DNA of 64,000 nt from the NCBI GenBank assembly GCA_965243565.1, contig OZ251571.1:256691-320690 (forward strand). Direction: 5' to 3'. The notes below the pieces were generated by a model that ran no database searches, was not told where the DNA came from, and was given only the letters and a program-made list of their open reading frames with translations. A program made the position numbers and the translations under genes. The stretch is from Gammaproteobacteria bacterium (GTDB lineage: Bacteria; Pseudomonadota; Gammaproteobacteria; Tethybacterales; Persebacteraceae). Below are positions 1 through 8,266 of the stretch, one piece after another. The stretch's first letter is position 1; every line of letters begins with the position of its first letter.

Positions 1-752
1 CACCGCATTTTTAGAGCCAAATGGTATGAGTGGTTTGCCCTGCCAATCGCTAATAACACCACCTGCACCTGTAATAACGGGAATCAAAGGCAAGTAATCA
101 TAAGGTTGCATTAAATAATCAAGAGCAAGATGCACAAACCCCGAACTCAAACAAGCATAAGAAAAACCATCACCACCCAAACGCACATGGGCGCATTGGT
201 GCATAAATTTTTGTAATTGTGTGTCTTCGGGGCGGTGTTCCAATGCAGCAGTGGTTGTCGATATAACGCAATTGGGCAGTAAAGGCACTGATGATGCGGT
301 ATGACAGCGGGTGCCATTAAATTCGGCATATTTGCTTTGTTCGGTCAGCAGCCCTGTCCAGCGTTCGGACAATGCTGGAAAATCCATCACACTAATAACA
401 GGCACTCCCTTGTGTAACAATACAATTAAAGTGGAATACAGCGGGCTACCACTAATAAAACTACGGGTGCCATCAATGGGGTCCAACACCCAAACATAAT
501 CAGCATCGGCATTATTACTACCAAATTCTTCACCGATAATGCCGTGTGTTGGGTGGTTTTTGGCAATCAACTCACACATTGTTTTTTCACTATTACAATC
601 GGCTTGTGTAAAAGGCGATGCATCCGATTTAACTTTAACTGGTAGGGGCTTTCTAAACAGCGGGAGGGTTATCTTTGCGGCAGCATCTGCCAATTGATTG
701 GCAAATTGTAAAAAATCTTGTGCTTGGTGTAGGGGAATAGAGGATATCATTA
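1..752 (-). CDS. inositol monophosphatase family protein (SuhB/HisN-like); partial, the C-terminus runs off the window start
   Basis: Manual translation of the minus strand from the ATG at 752-750 gives MISSIPLHQAQDFLQFANQLADAAAKITLPLFRKPLPVKVKSD...GIIGEEFG...WVLDPIDGTRSFISGSPLYSTLI...DYLPLIPVITGAGGVISDW. The conserved IMPase motifs (EE, DPIDGT, GAGG) are present. The reading frame stays open to position 1. The ORF track does not list it because no stop codon falls inside the window. Confidence 0.75.
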
Positions 753-937
753 TGGTATAGAAAGTAAAAAAAGATTAGTAATCCATTATATGAGATTTTT
801 ATAATAGATTTTCTAAATTCTTAGTATATTTTGTTGATGAAGTAAAAAACAGCGAAATAGGGATTTGTAAAAATTGTCATTTTATTTTACTGTAGAATCA
901 GCAATTCAGCTGTTTTTTTCACCCCCTATTTTATATT

Positions 938-1798
938 TTGTCAAACTACACAAAAGGACTTTACTTGGCTTTCGGTGGGATAATTATTTTATCTCCTGAT
1001 TCTTTGTTAATACGTCTTGTTGGCTCTGATATTTATTCAATCGTTGCTATGCGTGGGATATTCATGTCGATAATGTTGGGGGCAATGCTGCTTATTTTTC
1101 CGAGTTTACGTGCCAATATTCGGTGGAAGCCGATGTTGTTATGTGGTATTAGTTATTACATAGGTTTGGTAACTTTCCCTTTGTCCATATTACACACTTA
1201 CGCCGCCAATACGTTGGTTATCATTGCGGTTGCTCCTATTTTTGCTGCCATTGGTGGTTATTTATTCATCAAACAAAAAACACATCCAACAACATGGGTA
1301 TCGATGTTGATTATATTAATCAGTATTATTGTTATTTTTTCGGACAGTTTTTCTAGCGGCGGCAGTAGTCTATTGGGCGACTTTTTTGCAGTGTGTACTG
1401 CTTTAACTTTGGCAGTAACATCGATAATCATTTTTCACCATCCGAATAACAATTTTTTCCCCAGCTTATTGATTGGTAGTATTTTGGTCACTATAACGAC
1501 ATCGGGTTTTGCCGATTGGCAATCGGTCGAAAACAGAGACATTGCCATTATGGCATTAGACGGCACATTGGTGGCGGGTTTGCCTTTTGTATTACTCATT
1601 ATTGCTGCCAAATACCTACCGCCGGCAGAGTTTAATTTATCTTTTTTACTAGAAACCGTTTTGGGTCCATTTTGGGTTTGGTTGGTCATATCAGAAGTAC
1701 CGCCCACCCCGACCTTGATAATGAGTGCTATTATCATCCCTGTACTGGCGATTAACAGCGTTGTATCGGCACGTCGAGAAAGCACTAAACCAACATAA
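938..1798 (+). CDS. DMT/EamA-family membrane transporter
   Basis: 286-aa polytopic hydrophobic ORF with about 10 predicted helices and two EamA-like halves. The track starts it at a TTG, so the true start is uncertain. Confidence 0.55.
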   Translation: MSNYTKGLYLAFGGIIILSPDSLLIRLVGSDIYSIVAMRGIFMSIMLGAMLLIFPSLRANIRWKPMLLCGISYYIGLVTFPLSILHTYAANTLVIIAVAPIFAAIGGYLFIKQKTHPTTWVSMLIILISIIVIFSDSFSSGGSSLLGDFFAVCTALTLAVTSIIIFHHPNNNFFPSLLIGSILVTITTSGFADWQSVENRDIAIMALDGTLVAGLPFVLLIIAAKYLPPAEFNLSFLLETVLGPFWVWLVISEVPPTPTLIMSAIIIPVLAINSVVSARRESTKPT

Positions 1799-1959
1799 AA
1801 CCGCTTAGAAAAAAGCGGTGGCGGTAAAGAAAAAAACCACCAAAAACCCATCATTTTGCTATTTTCCACTGTTTTCGCAAAAAAGATATATTTTTTATAA
1901 TCATCCCTTCGTCTTTTGCATTGCAAAAGATAACGTGATAACTTGTTATAATCACGCCT

Positions 1960-2910
1960 ATGACAAATGCTATAGGATTTTTACGACGCTGGGGTGGCGT
2001 TGTTGTTGCTTGGTTCGATTCTGATTCTGAACTCAATGTTGGCTATGAAGGCATTGCGCGGATGTTGCGTATTATCCCTTTTATGGCATTACACGTAGGG
2101 TGTATTGCGGTTATTTGGGTGGGCGTGAGTTGGCAGGCAGTTGCCCTTACTGTTTTTTTATATGTTTTTCGAGTGTTTGCGATAACAGGCTTTTATCACC
2201 GTTATTTTTCACATCGTACTTATAAAACATCGCGTTTTTGGCAAGCTTGTTTTGCTGTCTTTGGTTTAATGGCAGTACAGCGTGGACCATTATGGTGGGC
2301 AGCACATCATCGCGATCATCACAAATACACCGATGAACAAGGCGATGCACATTCACCACGTGATGGCATTATTCGCAGTCACCTCGGTTGGTTTACTGAA
2401 CAAGGCAATTACCGTACCAAGTATTCACAAATTAGCGACTTTGCCAAGTATCCAGAACTCGTCTTTTTAAATCGATTCGACTCACTTGTGCCTGTTTTAA
2501 TGATAGTTGGCTTGTATTTTTGGGGCGATGCACTTGCGGCTACCGACCCTGATGTCAGCGGCTGGCAGTTTGTAGCATGGGCGGGCTGTATATCTACCGT
2601 AGCGGTTTATCATGTTACTTTTTGTGTTAATTCTGTTTGCCATTTACTTGGGCATAAGCGATTTAAAACAGGTGATGACAGCCGTAATAACTGGGTTGTT
2701 GCCTTGCTTGCCTTTGGTGAAGGTTGGCACAACAATCATCATCGCTTTCCTGGTGCAGCCAATCAAGGCTTTTATTGGTGGCAAGTGGACATAACCTATT
2801 ATATTTTACGATGTCTTGAAAAACTAAGAATCATCCATAGTTTGAAAAAAGTGCCATCACAAATTTTAAAAGAAGGCTTAGACGCATCAAGCCAAGCCAA
2901 GCCAAACTAA
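1960..2910 (+). CDS. acyl-CoA (delta-9) fatty-acid desaturase, DesC/OLE1-like
   Basis: ATG start at 1960. The three membrane desaturase histidine boxes are present in the spacing typical of stearoyl-CoA desaturases: HRYFSHR, HHRDHHKYTDEQGDAHSP and WHNNHHRFP. Four predicted transmembrane helices. Confidence 0.8.
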   Translation: MTNAIGFLRRWGGVVVAWFDSDSELNVGYEGIARMLRIIPFMALHVGCIAVIWVGVSWQAVALTVFLYVFRVFAITGFYHRYFSHRTYKTSRFWQACFAVFGLMAVQRGPLWWAAHHRDHHKYTDEQGDAHSPRDGIIRSHLGWFTEQGNYRTKYSQISDFAKYPELVFLNRFDSLVPVLMIVGLYFWGDALAATDPDVSGWQFVAWAGCISTVAVYHVTFCVNSVCHLLGHKRFKTGDDSRNNWVVALLAFGEGWHNNHHRFPGAANQGFYWWQVDITYYILRCLEKLRIIHSLKKVPSQILKEGLDASSQAKPN

Positions 2911-2984
2911 GCTAAAACCTACCGAAACCAAAACCAAACCACCTAAAAAAACCGAGCGACTGCTCGCACAATTACGTGGGTTGT

Positions 2985-3923
2985 TTAGCTAAGAATATCC
3001 GACAATAAAGCAAAACGGATAGCCATGCCATTGCTTACTTGTTGTAAAATAATCGACTGTTCACCATCGGCAACTTCATCTGTTATTTCCATACCGCGGT
3101 TTATAGGTCCGGGGTGCATAACCACTGCTGTGGGCTTTAATGCACGCATTCTAGCGGCAGTGAGTCCATAGTTTAAATGATAGTTTTCGCTAATATCAGG
3201 CTCATCAGTGGTTTGTCTTTCAAATTGAATCCGTAATAGCATGACTACGTCAACACCGACTAAACCTTTGTCCATATCATGAAAAATGTCTGTTTGAAAC
3301 TCTTCTTGTAATTGACTTGGGCAAAAATTAGGTGGACCAATCAGGCGGATTTTTTTAGCACCCATCAGCCGTAACATATGTATATTGCTACGAGCAACGC
3401 GTGAATGCAATATATCACCAACAATAGCAAAAGACAGCGTTGAAAAATCATCACCAAAACGTTGTCGTAATGTGTAGGCATCGGTAAGTGCTTGTGTGGG
3501 GTGTGAGTAACAGCCATCACCGCCATTAATAATGGCAATACCCGGCGGTGCGACATGCACGGCTAGTTCTGAGCTGCGGTCTTCGCCATGTCGCAAAACA
3601 ATGCCAGCAGCACCCATAGCGGCAACGGTTTTAATGGTATCGGTCAGTGATTCTTTTTTGGTGGACCCTGCCATTTGGATTTGGTCAAGACTCACGACAT
3701 CGGCGCCCAATTGTTTGGCAGAAGCTTCAAATGCAGTGCGTGTACGAGTACTGCTTTCGTAAAAAATAAGCACCACCAATTTGCCGGTTAAGGTGCGTTT
3801 ACGATTGCCTTGAAGGTAATCGTCTGCACGTTCAAAAAGGCGATTGATAATAGCTCGCGGTAGCCCTTGAATATTTATAAAGTGGGATAAACGATTATCT
3901 TGTTGAACTTGTTCAATGAGCAT
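2985..3923 (-). CDS. pyrB: aspartate carbamoyltransferase catalytic subunit
   Basis: STRTR carbamoyl-phosphate motif, HPTQ and the HPGP...R motif are present. Start reassigned to the internal ATG (MLIEQVQQ...), giving 312 aa. The longer tracked ORF would overlap rnpB. No pyrI or pyrC-prime is adjacent. Confidence 0.85.
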   Translation of the reverse strand: MLIEQVQQDNRLSHFINIQGLPRAIINRLFERADDYLQGNRKRTLTGKLVVLIFYESSTRTRTAFEASAKQLGADVVSLDQIQMAGSTKKESLTDTIKTVAAMGAAGIVLRHGEDRSSELAVHVAPPGIAIINGGDGCYSHPTQALTDAYTLRQRFGDDFSTLSFAIVGDILHSRVARSNIHMLRLMGAKKIRLIGPPNFCPSQLQEEFQTDIFHDMDKGLVGVDVVMLLRIQFERQTTDEPDISENYHLNYGLTAARMRALKPTAVVMHPGPINRGMEITDEVADGEQSIILQQVSNGMAIRFALLSDILS

Positions 3924-3958
3924 ACAATATAATATTCTATCAGAACTAAACAGCAAGC

Positions 3959-4298
3959 AAGTGACAAGTTGGTCTATAAGCCGGATTCTGTCGGGGATGA
4001 CCATTCATCTGAAACCAACGTTACCGTTGGCTTTATGCGACCTACCCAAAGCGATAGATGCGAGTAACATCACACTTTTCTATTTGGTCTTGCTCCAAAT
4101 GGGGTTTGCCCTGCCACAACCGTTACCGATTGCGCGGTGCGCTCTTACCGCACCATTCCACCCTTACCAGACGAATCTGGCGGTATATTTTCTTTGGCAC
4201 TTTCCATCACCTCACGGTGTCCGGGCGTTACCCGGCATTTTACTCTATGGAGTCCGGACTTTCCTCTTTGCAAGCAAAGCGATCATCCAACCAACTTG
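3959..4298 (-). ncRNA. rnpB: RNase P RNA (bacterial type A)
   Basis: Minus-strand read contains GAGGAAAGTCCGGACTCCATAG, GGTGCGGTAAGAGCGCACCGCGC, GGAGCAAGACCAAATAG and CGACAGAATCCGGCTTATAGACCAACTTGTCAC. These match the E. coli M1 RNA blocks GGAAAGTCCGGGCTCCATAG, GGTGCGGTAAGAGCGCACCGCGC, GGAGCAAGGCCAAATAGGGG and CGACAGAACCCGGCTTATCGGTCAGTTTCACCT almost base for base. P1 helix: 5' GCGACAAGTTGG pairs with 3' CCAACTTGTCAC. A TATAAT -10 lies just upstream at about 4303-4310 (minus strand). The region is otherwise covered only by mutually overlapping, non-protein-like + ORFs. Confidence 0.88.
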
Positions 4299-4397
4299 TC
4301 GCTCGAAATTATAATACGAATGGCGTTGTTGTGTACAGATAAAAACTAAATCAGTGTTAAAATAAGCACGCTACAGCATAAAAATACAAGGAAAACA

Positions 4398-5372
4398 ATG
4401 CTCTCATATAAAAAAATCACCAAACCATTAAAAACGACGTTGCTATTACTGGTTGCGATTATGTTTATTAACATTGCCCATGCCCAACAAGCCGCTCCCA
4501 TATGGCATAAATTGGCAGAAGAAGCCTACATATTCAGCCAAAACGGAGAATTTACCAAAGCAGAAACACTACTGTTACTGGCACTGCAACAAGCCCGCGA
4601 TGTTACCGGTGATGACCATCGAGACGTGGCAAGAATCCTCAACGAATTAGCAGAACTAGAGCATGCACAAGGCAAGTTATCGAATGCCGAACAACACTAC
4701 AAAGAATCTTTAGAAATAGTCAAAAAAATAATCGGTGATGGGGATATTATCGCTGTCAATCTCTATCAAAATTTGGGTTTGGTTAATCTACAGCAACAAC
4801 AATACGCCGAAGCCGAGCAATACTACTTCGATGCACGCAATCGATTGGTGATAATACATGGCGATGAAAACCACCAAAGCGTGGTATTGGTTTTAGACGG
4901 ACTATCGCAAGTTTATTTTCAACAAGAGCAATACACCGAAGCCTTATCAACCTTAAAACACATTCGCGTCATTGTAGAAAAAACGTATGGCAAAGATCAC
5001 ATAGCGGTAAGCAAAGCGTTAAACGATATATCGCTAGTTTATTTTGTTCAAAAAAAATACAAACAAGCCGAAGCTATTCTGCTGCGTAGTCAATCTATAC
5101 TAGAAAAAAAAGAAGCACAAAACCATCCGCTAATGGCCAGCACCCTTAACAGCTTAGGCTTGTTATACACCGTCCAAGAAAAATTTCCCGAAGCCGAGCC
5201 TTTATTTAACCAAGCATTGACAATACTAGAAAAAGCATTGGGTAAGAACAATCCTTTGATAATTTCGACATTAGCCAATTTGGAAAATTTATATTTAAAA
5301 TCCAAAAAAGTCGATCAAGCAATCTCCATTAAACAACGCATTGAGCAATTAAAAACCGCCCAACCATCATAA
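4398..5372 (+). CDS. secreted TPR-repeat protein (TPR_10/12 kinesin-light-chain-like repeats)
   Basis: Signal peptide MLSYKKITKPLKTTLLLLVAIMFINIAHAQQA. The rest is 34-aa TPR-like repeats (…LNELAELEHAQGKLSNAEQHYKESLEI…, …LNSLGLLYTVQEKFPEAEPLFNQALTILEKALG…). Confidence 0.6.
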   Translation: MLSYKKITKPLKTTLLLLVAIMFINIAHAQQAAPIWHKLAEEAYIFSQNGEFTKAETLLLLALQQARDVTGDDHRDVARILNELAELEHAQGKLSNAEQHYKESLEIVKKIIGDGDIIAVNLYQNLGLVNLQQQQYAEAEQYYFDARNRLVIIHGDENHQSVVLVLDGLSQVYFQQEQYTEALSTLKHIRVIVEKTYGKDHIAVSKALNDISLVYFVQKKYKQAEAILLRSQSILEKKEAQNHPLMASTLNSLGLLYTVQEKFPEAEPLFNQALTILEKALGKNNPLIISTLANLENLYLKSKKVDQAISIKQRIEQLKTAQPS

Positions 5373-5427
5373 AAACAACGGTGTTACTTTGTTTATTTGC
5401 CGCACCTTTTTTCTTTGTTGATAATGT

Positions 5428-5462
5428 CACCCCTTGTAAAATAGCCAAAACTGCCCCATAAT
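5428..5462 (+). promoter_or_regulatory. sigma-32 (RpoH) heat-shock promoter for lon
   Basis: CACCCCTTGTAAA (5428-5440) matches the sigma-32 -35 consensus TnTCnCCCTTGAA. A 13-nt spacer follows. CCCCATAAT (5454-5462) matches the -10 consensus CCCCATnT. Position is about 40 nt upstream of the lon ATG, and lon is a classical sigma-32 regulon member. Confidence 0.55.
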
Positions 5463-5500
5463 AGAGGCACAGCTACTAGATAGCAACCGAGGAGATACCA

Positions 5501-8050
5501 ATGTCAGATAGAGAAATGCAGTACAAAAAAAATATGCCCGTATTACCATTGCGTGATGTTGTGGTTTTTCCGCGAATGGTGGTTTCTTTGTATGTTGGGC
5601 GTTCTCTATCGCTAAAAGCACTTGAGGTCGCCATGAAAGAAGGCGGTCAGATATTCTTGGTATCGCAAAAATCAGCAAAAACCGAAAAACCATCAATAAC
5701 AGAACTCTATAAAGTAGGGTGTGTGGCAACGGTCTTACAAATGTTACGATTACCCGATGACAATGTCAAAATACTGGTTGAAGGCATGAAGCGTGCCCAC
5801 GCCGTTTATGAGCAAAAAGAAGGCGACGACGAAGCTATTTTTGCCGACGTTACGCCTGTTGCGGTTACTCAAGACACCTCTGCTGAAGAAAACACGGCAT
5901 TAACCCGTGCATTAACAAGAAGCATTAAACAATACTCTAAAATTAACGGCAAGCTAGGTGAAGAACTTCAAGCCAAAATAAGCGATACCGATGATTTACC
6001 CAAACTAACTGATTTAATTACCAGTATATTGCCAGTAGATCTAAAAGAAAAACAGCGATTATATGAAATATCAACATTATCAAAACGCGCTTCCGAACTG
6101 CTAAAAGTCATTAAACACGAAACCGAAGTCCATAAAATTGACAAAAAAATCCGTGGGCGTGTAAAAGATCAGGTCGAAAAAAGTCATCGCGAATACTACT
6201 TACAAGAACAAGCACGGGCGATTCAAAAAGAGCTAGGCGATGACCAAAACAACGAAATCCAAGAATTTAAAACGCGTCTAAAAAAATCAGGCATGCATGA
6301 ACAAGCGCACAAAAAATGTGATCAAGAAATTAAAAAATTACAAATGATGTCAGCAATGTCGGCAGAAGCCTCTGTTACACGGACGTATATCGAAACATTA
6401 TTATCGGTCCCATGGAAAGAGCGAAGTGAAGCCAAAACCAACTTTGTTGTTGCTAAAGAAGCACTAGACAGCGACCACTACGGTCTTGAAAAAGTCAAAG
6501 AGCGTATATTAGAATACCTAGCAGTGCAACGCCGCGTCAGTAATAGCAAAGCCCCTATCTTATGTTTGGTTGGTCCTCCCGGTGTTGGTAAAACATCGTT
6601 GGGTCGTTCTATCGCTAATGCAACAGGGCGTGCATTTGGTCGGATATCATTGGGTGGAGTTCGAGACGAAGCCGAGATTCGTGGACATCGGCGTACGTAC
6701 ATTGGGGCGATGCCGGGTAAGATTATCAGTGCATTAATTCGTTGTAAAGTTAAAAACCCCGTTATACTACTTGATGAAATTGACAAAATGGGCTATGACG
6801 TTCGAGGAGACCCTTCTGCGGCACTACTAGAAGTGCTAGACCCAGAACAAAACAAAGAATATGCCGACCACTATCTTGATGTCGATTACGACTTATCCGA
6901 AGTTGTCTTTATTACCACTGCCAATTCAATGAGCATTCCACCAGCATTGCACGACAGGCTTGAAATAATCCGTTTGTCTGGCTATACCGAAGAAGAAAAA
7001 ATTAACATTGCCGCCAACCACTTAACCCGTCGTCAGTTTCAAGAAAACGGACTAAGCGAAAAAGAGGCAAAAATTCATCCCGATACGATACGCGAAATAA
7101 TCCGTTACTACACCCGTGAAGCAGGCGTTCGGTCATTAGAACGTGATATTGGTACGGTCTGTCGTAAATTAGTCTATAAATTTGATTCCGCTATTGATGT
7201 TGCCCTTGCCGACAACACTATTGACACTGATGCGACACCCGCCAAAGCCGCCAAAGCCGCAAAAGCCGCCAAAGCCGCCAAAGCCGCCAAAGCCGCAAAA
7301 AGCACCCCACCCGTCAAAGCCGCAAAAGTTAAGCAAGTAACTGTTAAGCCAAAAGACTTAGAAAACTATTTGGGCATTAAGAAATTTCGCTTTGGCATTA
7401 CTGCCAACCAAAGCCGAGTAGGGCAGGTTAATGGCATGGCATGGACGGAAGTCGGCGGTGAGATGTTATCAGTCGAAGCCAGCTCATTCCCCGGTAAAGG
7501 CGAGATAACCCGTACTGGTAAATTAGGCGAAGTCATGCAAGAATCCGTTGCTGCTGCATTTTCGGTCGTTCGTTCCCGTGCCGACAAATACGGCTTAAGC
7601 TCCGAACAAATGAAGAAAAACGACTATCACATCCACTTTCCTGAAGGTGCAATACCCAAAGACGGTCCATCTGCTGGTATCGCTATCGCCACTGCTATAT
7701 TATCGACATTATGCAATGTTGCCGTGCGTTCTAATGTTGCTATGACAGGTGAGATTACCTTACGTGGCGAAGTCCTACCGATTGGTGGTGTAAAAGAAAA
7801 ACTATTAGCAGCAGCGCGTGGTGGTATTACCCACATCATACTGCCCAAAGAAAACGAAAAAGACCTAACCGAATTACCCGACAACATAAAACAAATGTTT
7901 AAAATATCGTTGGTAAAATGGATAGAAGAAGTCTTTGTACTGGCGTTGGTTGAAGACGTTGAGACAAAACCACTTGTGAAAAAATCCGCCGTTGGCTCAA
8001 AAAATAAAAAACTAAGCAGTACCAGCGACACACCATTACTTAAGCACTAA
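5501..8050 (+). CDS. lon: ATP-dependent protease Lon (LonA)
   Basis: 849 aa. N-terminal PVLPLRDVVVFPRMV. Walker A GPPGVGKTS and Walker B ILLDEIDK. Sensor motifs present. Protease domain carries the catalytic Ser in PKDGPSAGIA and Lys in GGVKEKLLAA. A GGAG Shine-Dalgarno sits 7 nt before the ATG. Confidence 0.95.
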   Translation: MSDREMQYKKNMPVLPLRDVVVFPRMVVSLYVGRSLSLKALEVAMKEGGQIFLVSQKSAKTEKPSITELYKVGCVATVLQMLRLPDDNVKILVEGMKRAHAVYEQKEGDDEAIFADVTPVAVTQDTSAEENTALTRALTRSIKQYSKINGKLGEELQAKISDTDDLPKLTDLITSILPVDLKEKQRLYEISTLSKRASELLKVIKHETEVHKIDKKIRGRVKDQVEKSHREYYLQEQARAIQKELGDDQNNEIQEFKTRLKKSGMHEQAHKKCDQEIKKLQMMSAMSAEASVTRTYIETLLSVPWKERSEAKTNFVVAKEALDSDHYGLEKVKERILEYLAVQRRVSNSKAPILCLVGPPGVGKTSLGRSIANATGRAFGRISLGGVRDEAEIRGHRRTYIGAMPGKIISALIRCKVKNPVILLDEIDKMGYDVRGDPSAALLEVLDPEQNKEYADHYLDVDYDLSEVVFITTANSMSIPPALHDRLEIIRLSGYTEEEKINIAANHLTRRQFQENGLSEKEAKIHPDTIREIIRYYTREAGVRSLERDIGTVCRKLVYKFDSAIDVALADNTIDTDATPAKAAKAAKAAKAAKAAKAAKSTPPVKAAKVKQVTVKPKDLENYLGIKKFRFGITANQSRVGQVNGMAWTEVGGEMLSVEASSFPGKGEITRTGKLGEVMQESVAAAFSVVRSRADKYGLSSEQMKKNDYHIHFPEGAIPKDGPSAGIAIATAILSTLCNVAVRSNVAMTGEITLRGEVLPIGGVKEKLLAAARGGITHIILPKENEKDLTELPDNIKQMFKISLVKWIEEVFVLALVEDVETKPLVKKSAVGSKNKKLSSTSDTPLLKH
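7241..7297 (+). repeat. in-frame tandem 9-bp repeat (GCCAAAGCC/GCAAAAGCC) x6 inside lon encoding (AKA)n
   Basis: gccaaagcc gccaaagcc gcaaaagcc gccaaagcc gccaaagcc gccaaagcc translates to PAKAAKAAKAAKAAKAAKAAK. It is followed by STPPVKAAKVKQ, in the linker between the AAA+ and protease domains. Confidence 0.85.
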
Positions 8051-8083
8051 AAAAAAGCTAAGCACCTTTGCTAGCTGTAGTAG

Positions 8084-8109
8084 CAAGCACAACCAACCGC
8101 TTGTTTTTT
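8084..8109 (+). terminator. possible weak intrinsic terminator after lon
   Basis: CAAGC (8084-8088), a 10-nt loop, GCTTG (8099-8103), then TTTTTT. The stem is only 5 bp. Confidence 0.3.
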
Positions 8110-8266
8110 AAAAACATTCGTCATTAATCAATAGGTAAAAACCGCTCCTTTATTGTTATTTTAACGGTGCATTAACCCTATTTTTTTTACATTGCACAAT
8201 AAATAATTCGGTATAATAACTATTAGTTAATTTAACGCTAACACTGAAAGGAAAAATTTAAATAAT

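Noticed and set aside
1801-1824. Hairpin CCGCTT-AGAAAA-AAGCGG after the DMT gene as a terminator
   Set aside because: The stem is only 6 bp and no T-run follows on the + strand. It may have weak bidirectional function, but that is not supportable.
1435-1926. 163-aa minus-strand ORF
   Set aside because: It is antisense to the DMT transporter gene and spans the intergenic hairpin. The composition is not protein-like, so it is spurious.
3916-4349. Three overlapping + strand ORFs (132, 94 and 70 aa)
   Set aside because: They overlap one another in different frames, translate to low-complexity non-protein-like sequence, and coincide exactly with the minus-strand RNase P RNA gene.
7241-7297. Possible CRISPR-like repeat array
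   Set aside because: The repeat unit is only 9 bp and strictly tandem, without spacers, and sits in-frame inside lon. It is a simple-sequence coding repeat. No CRISPR array (regular 25-40-bp repeats with unique spacers) was seen anywhere in the window.
8100-8266. Sigma-54/NtrC-dependent glnA promoter
   Set aside because: No TGGCAC-N5-TTGC -24/-12 element or TGCACC-N5-GGTGCA NtrC dyad was found. Only a sigma-70-like TTGCAC-N14-TATAAT is present.
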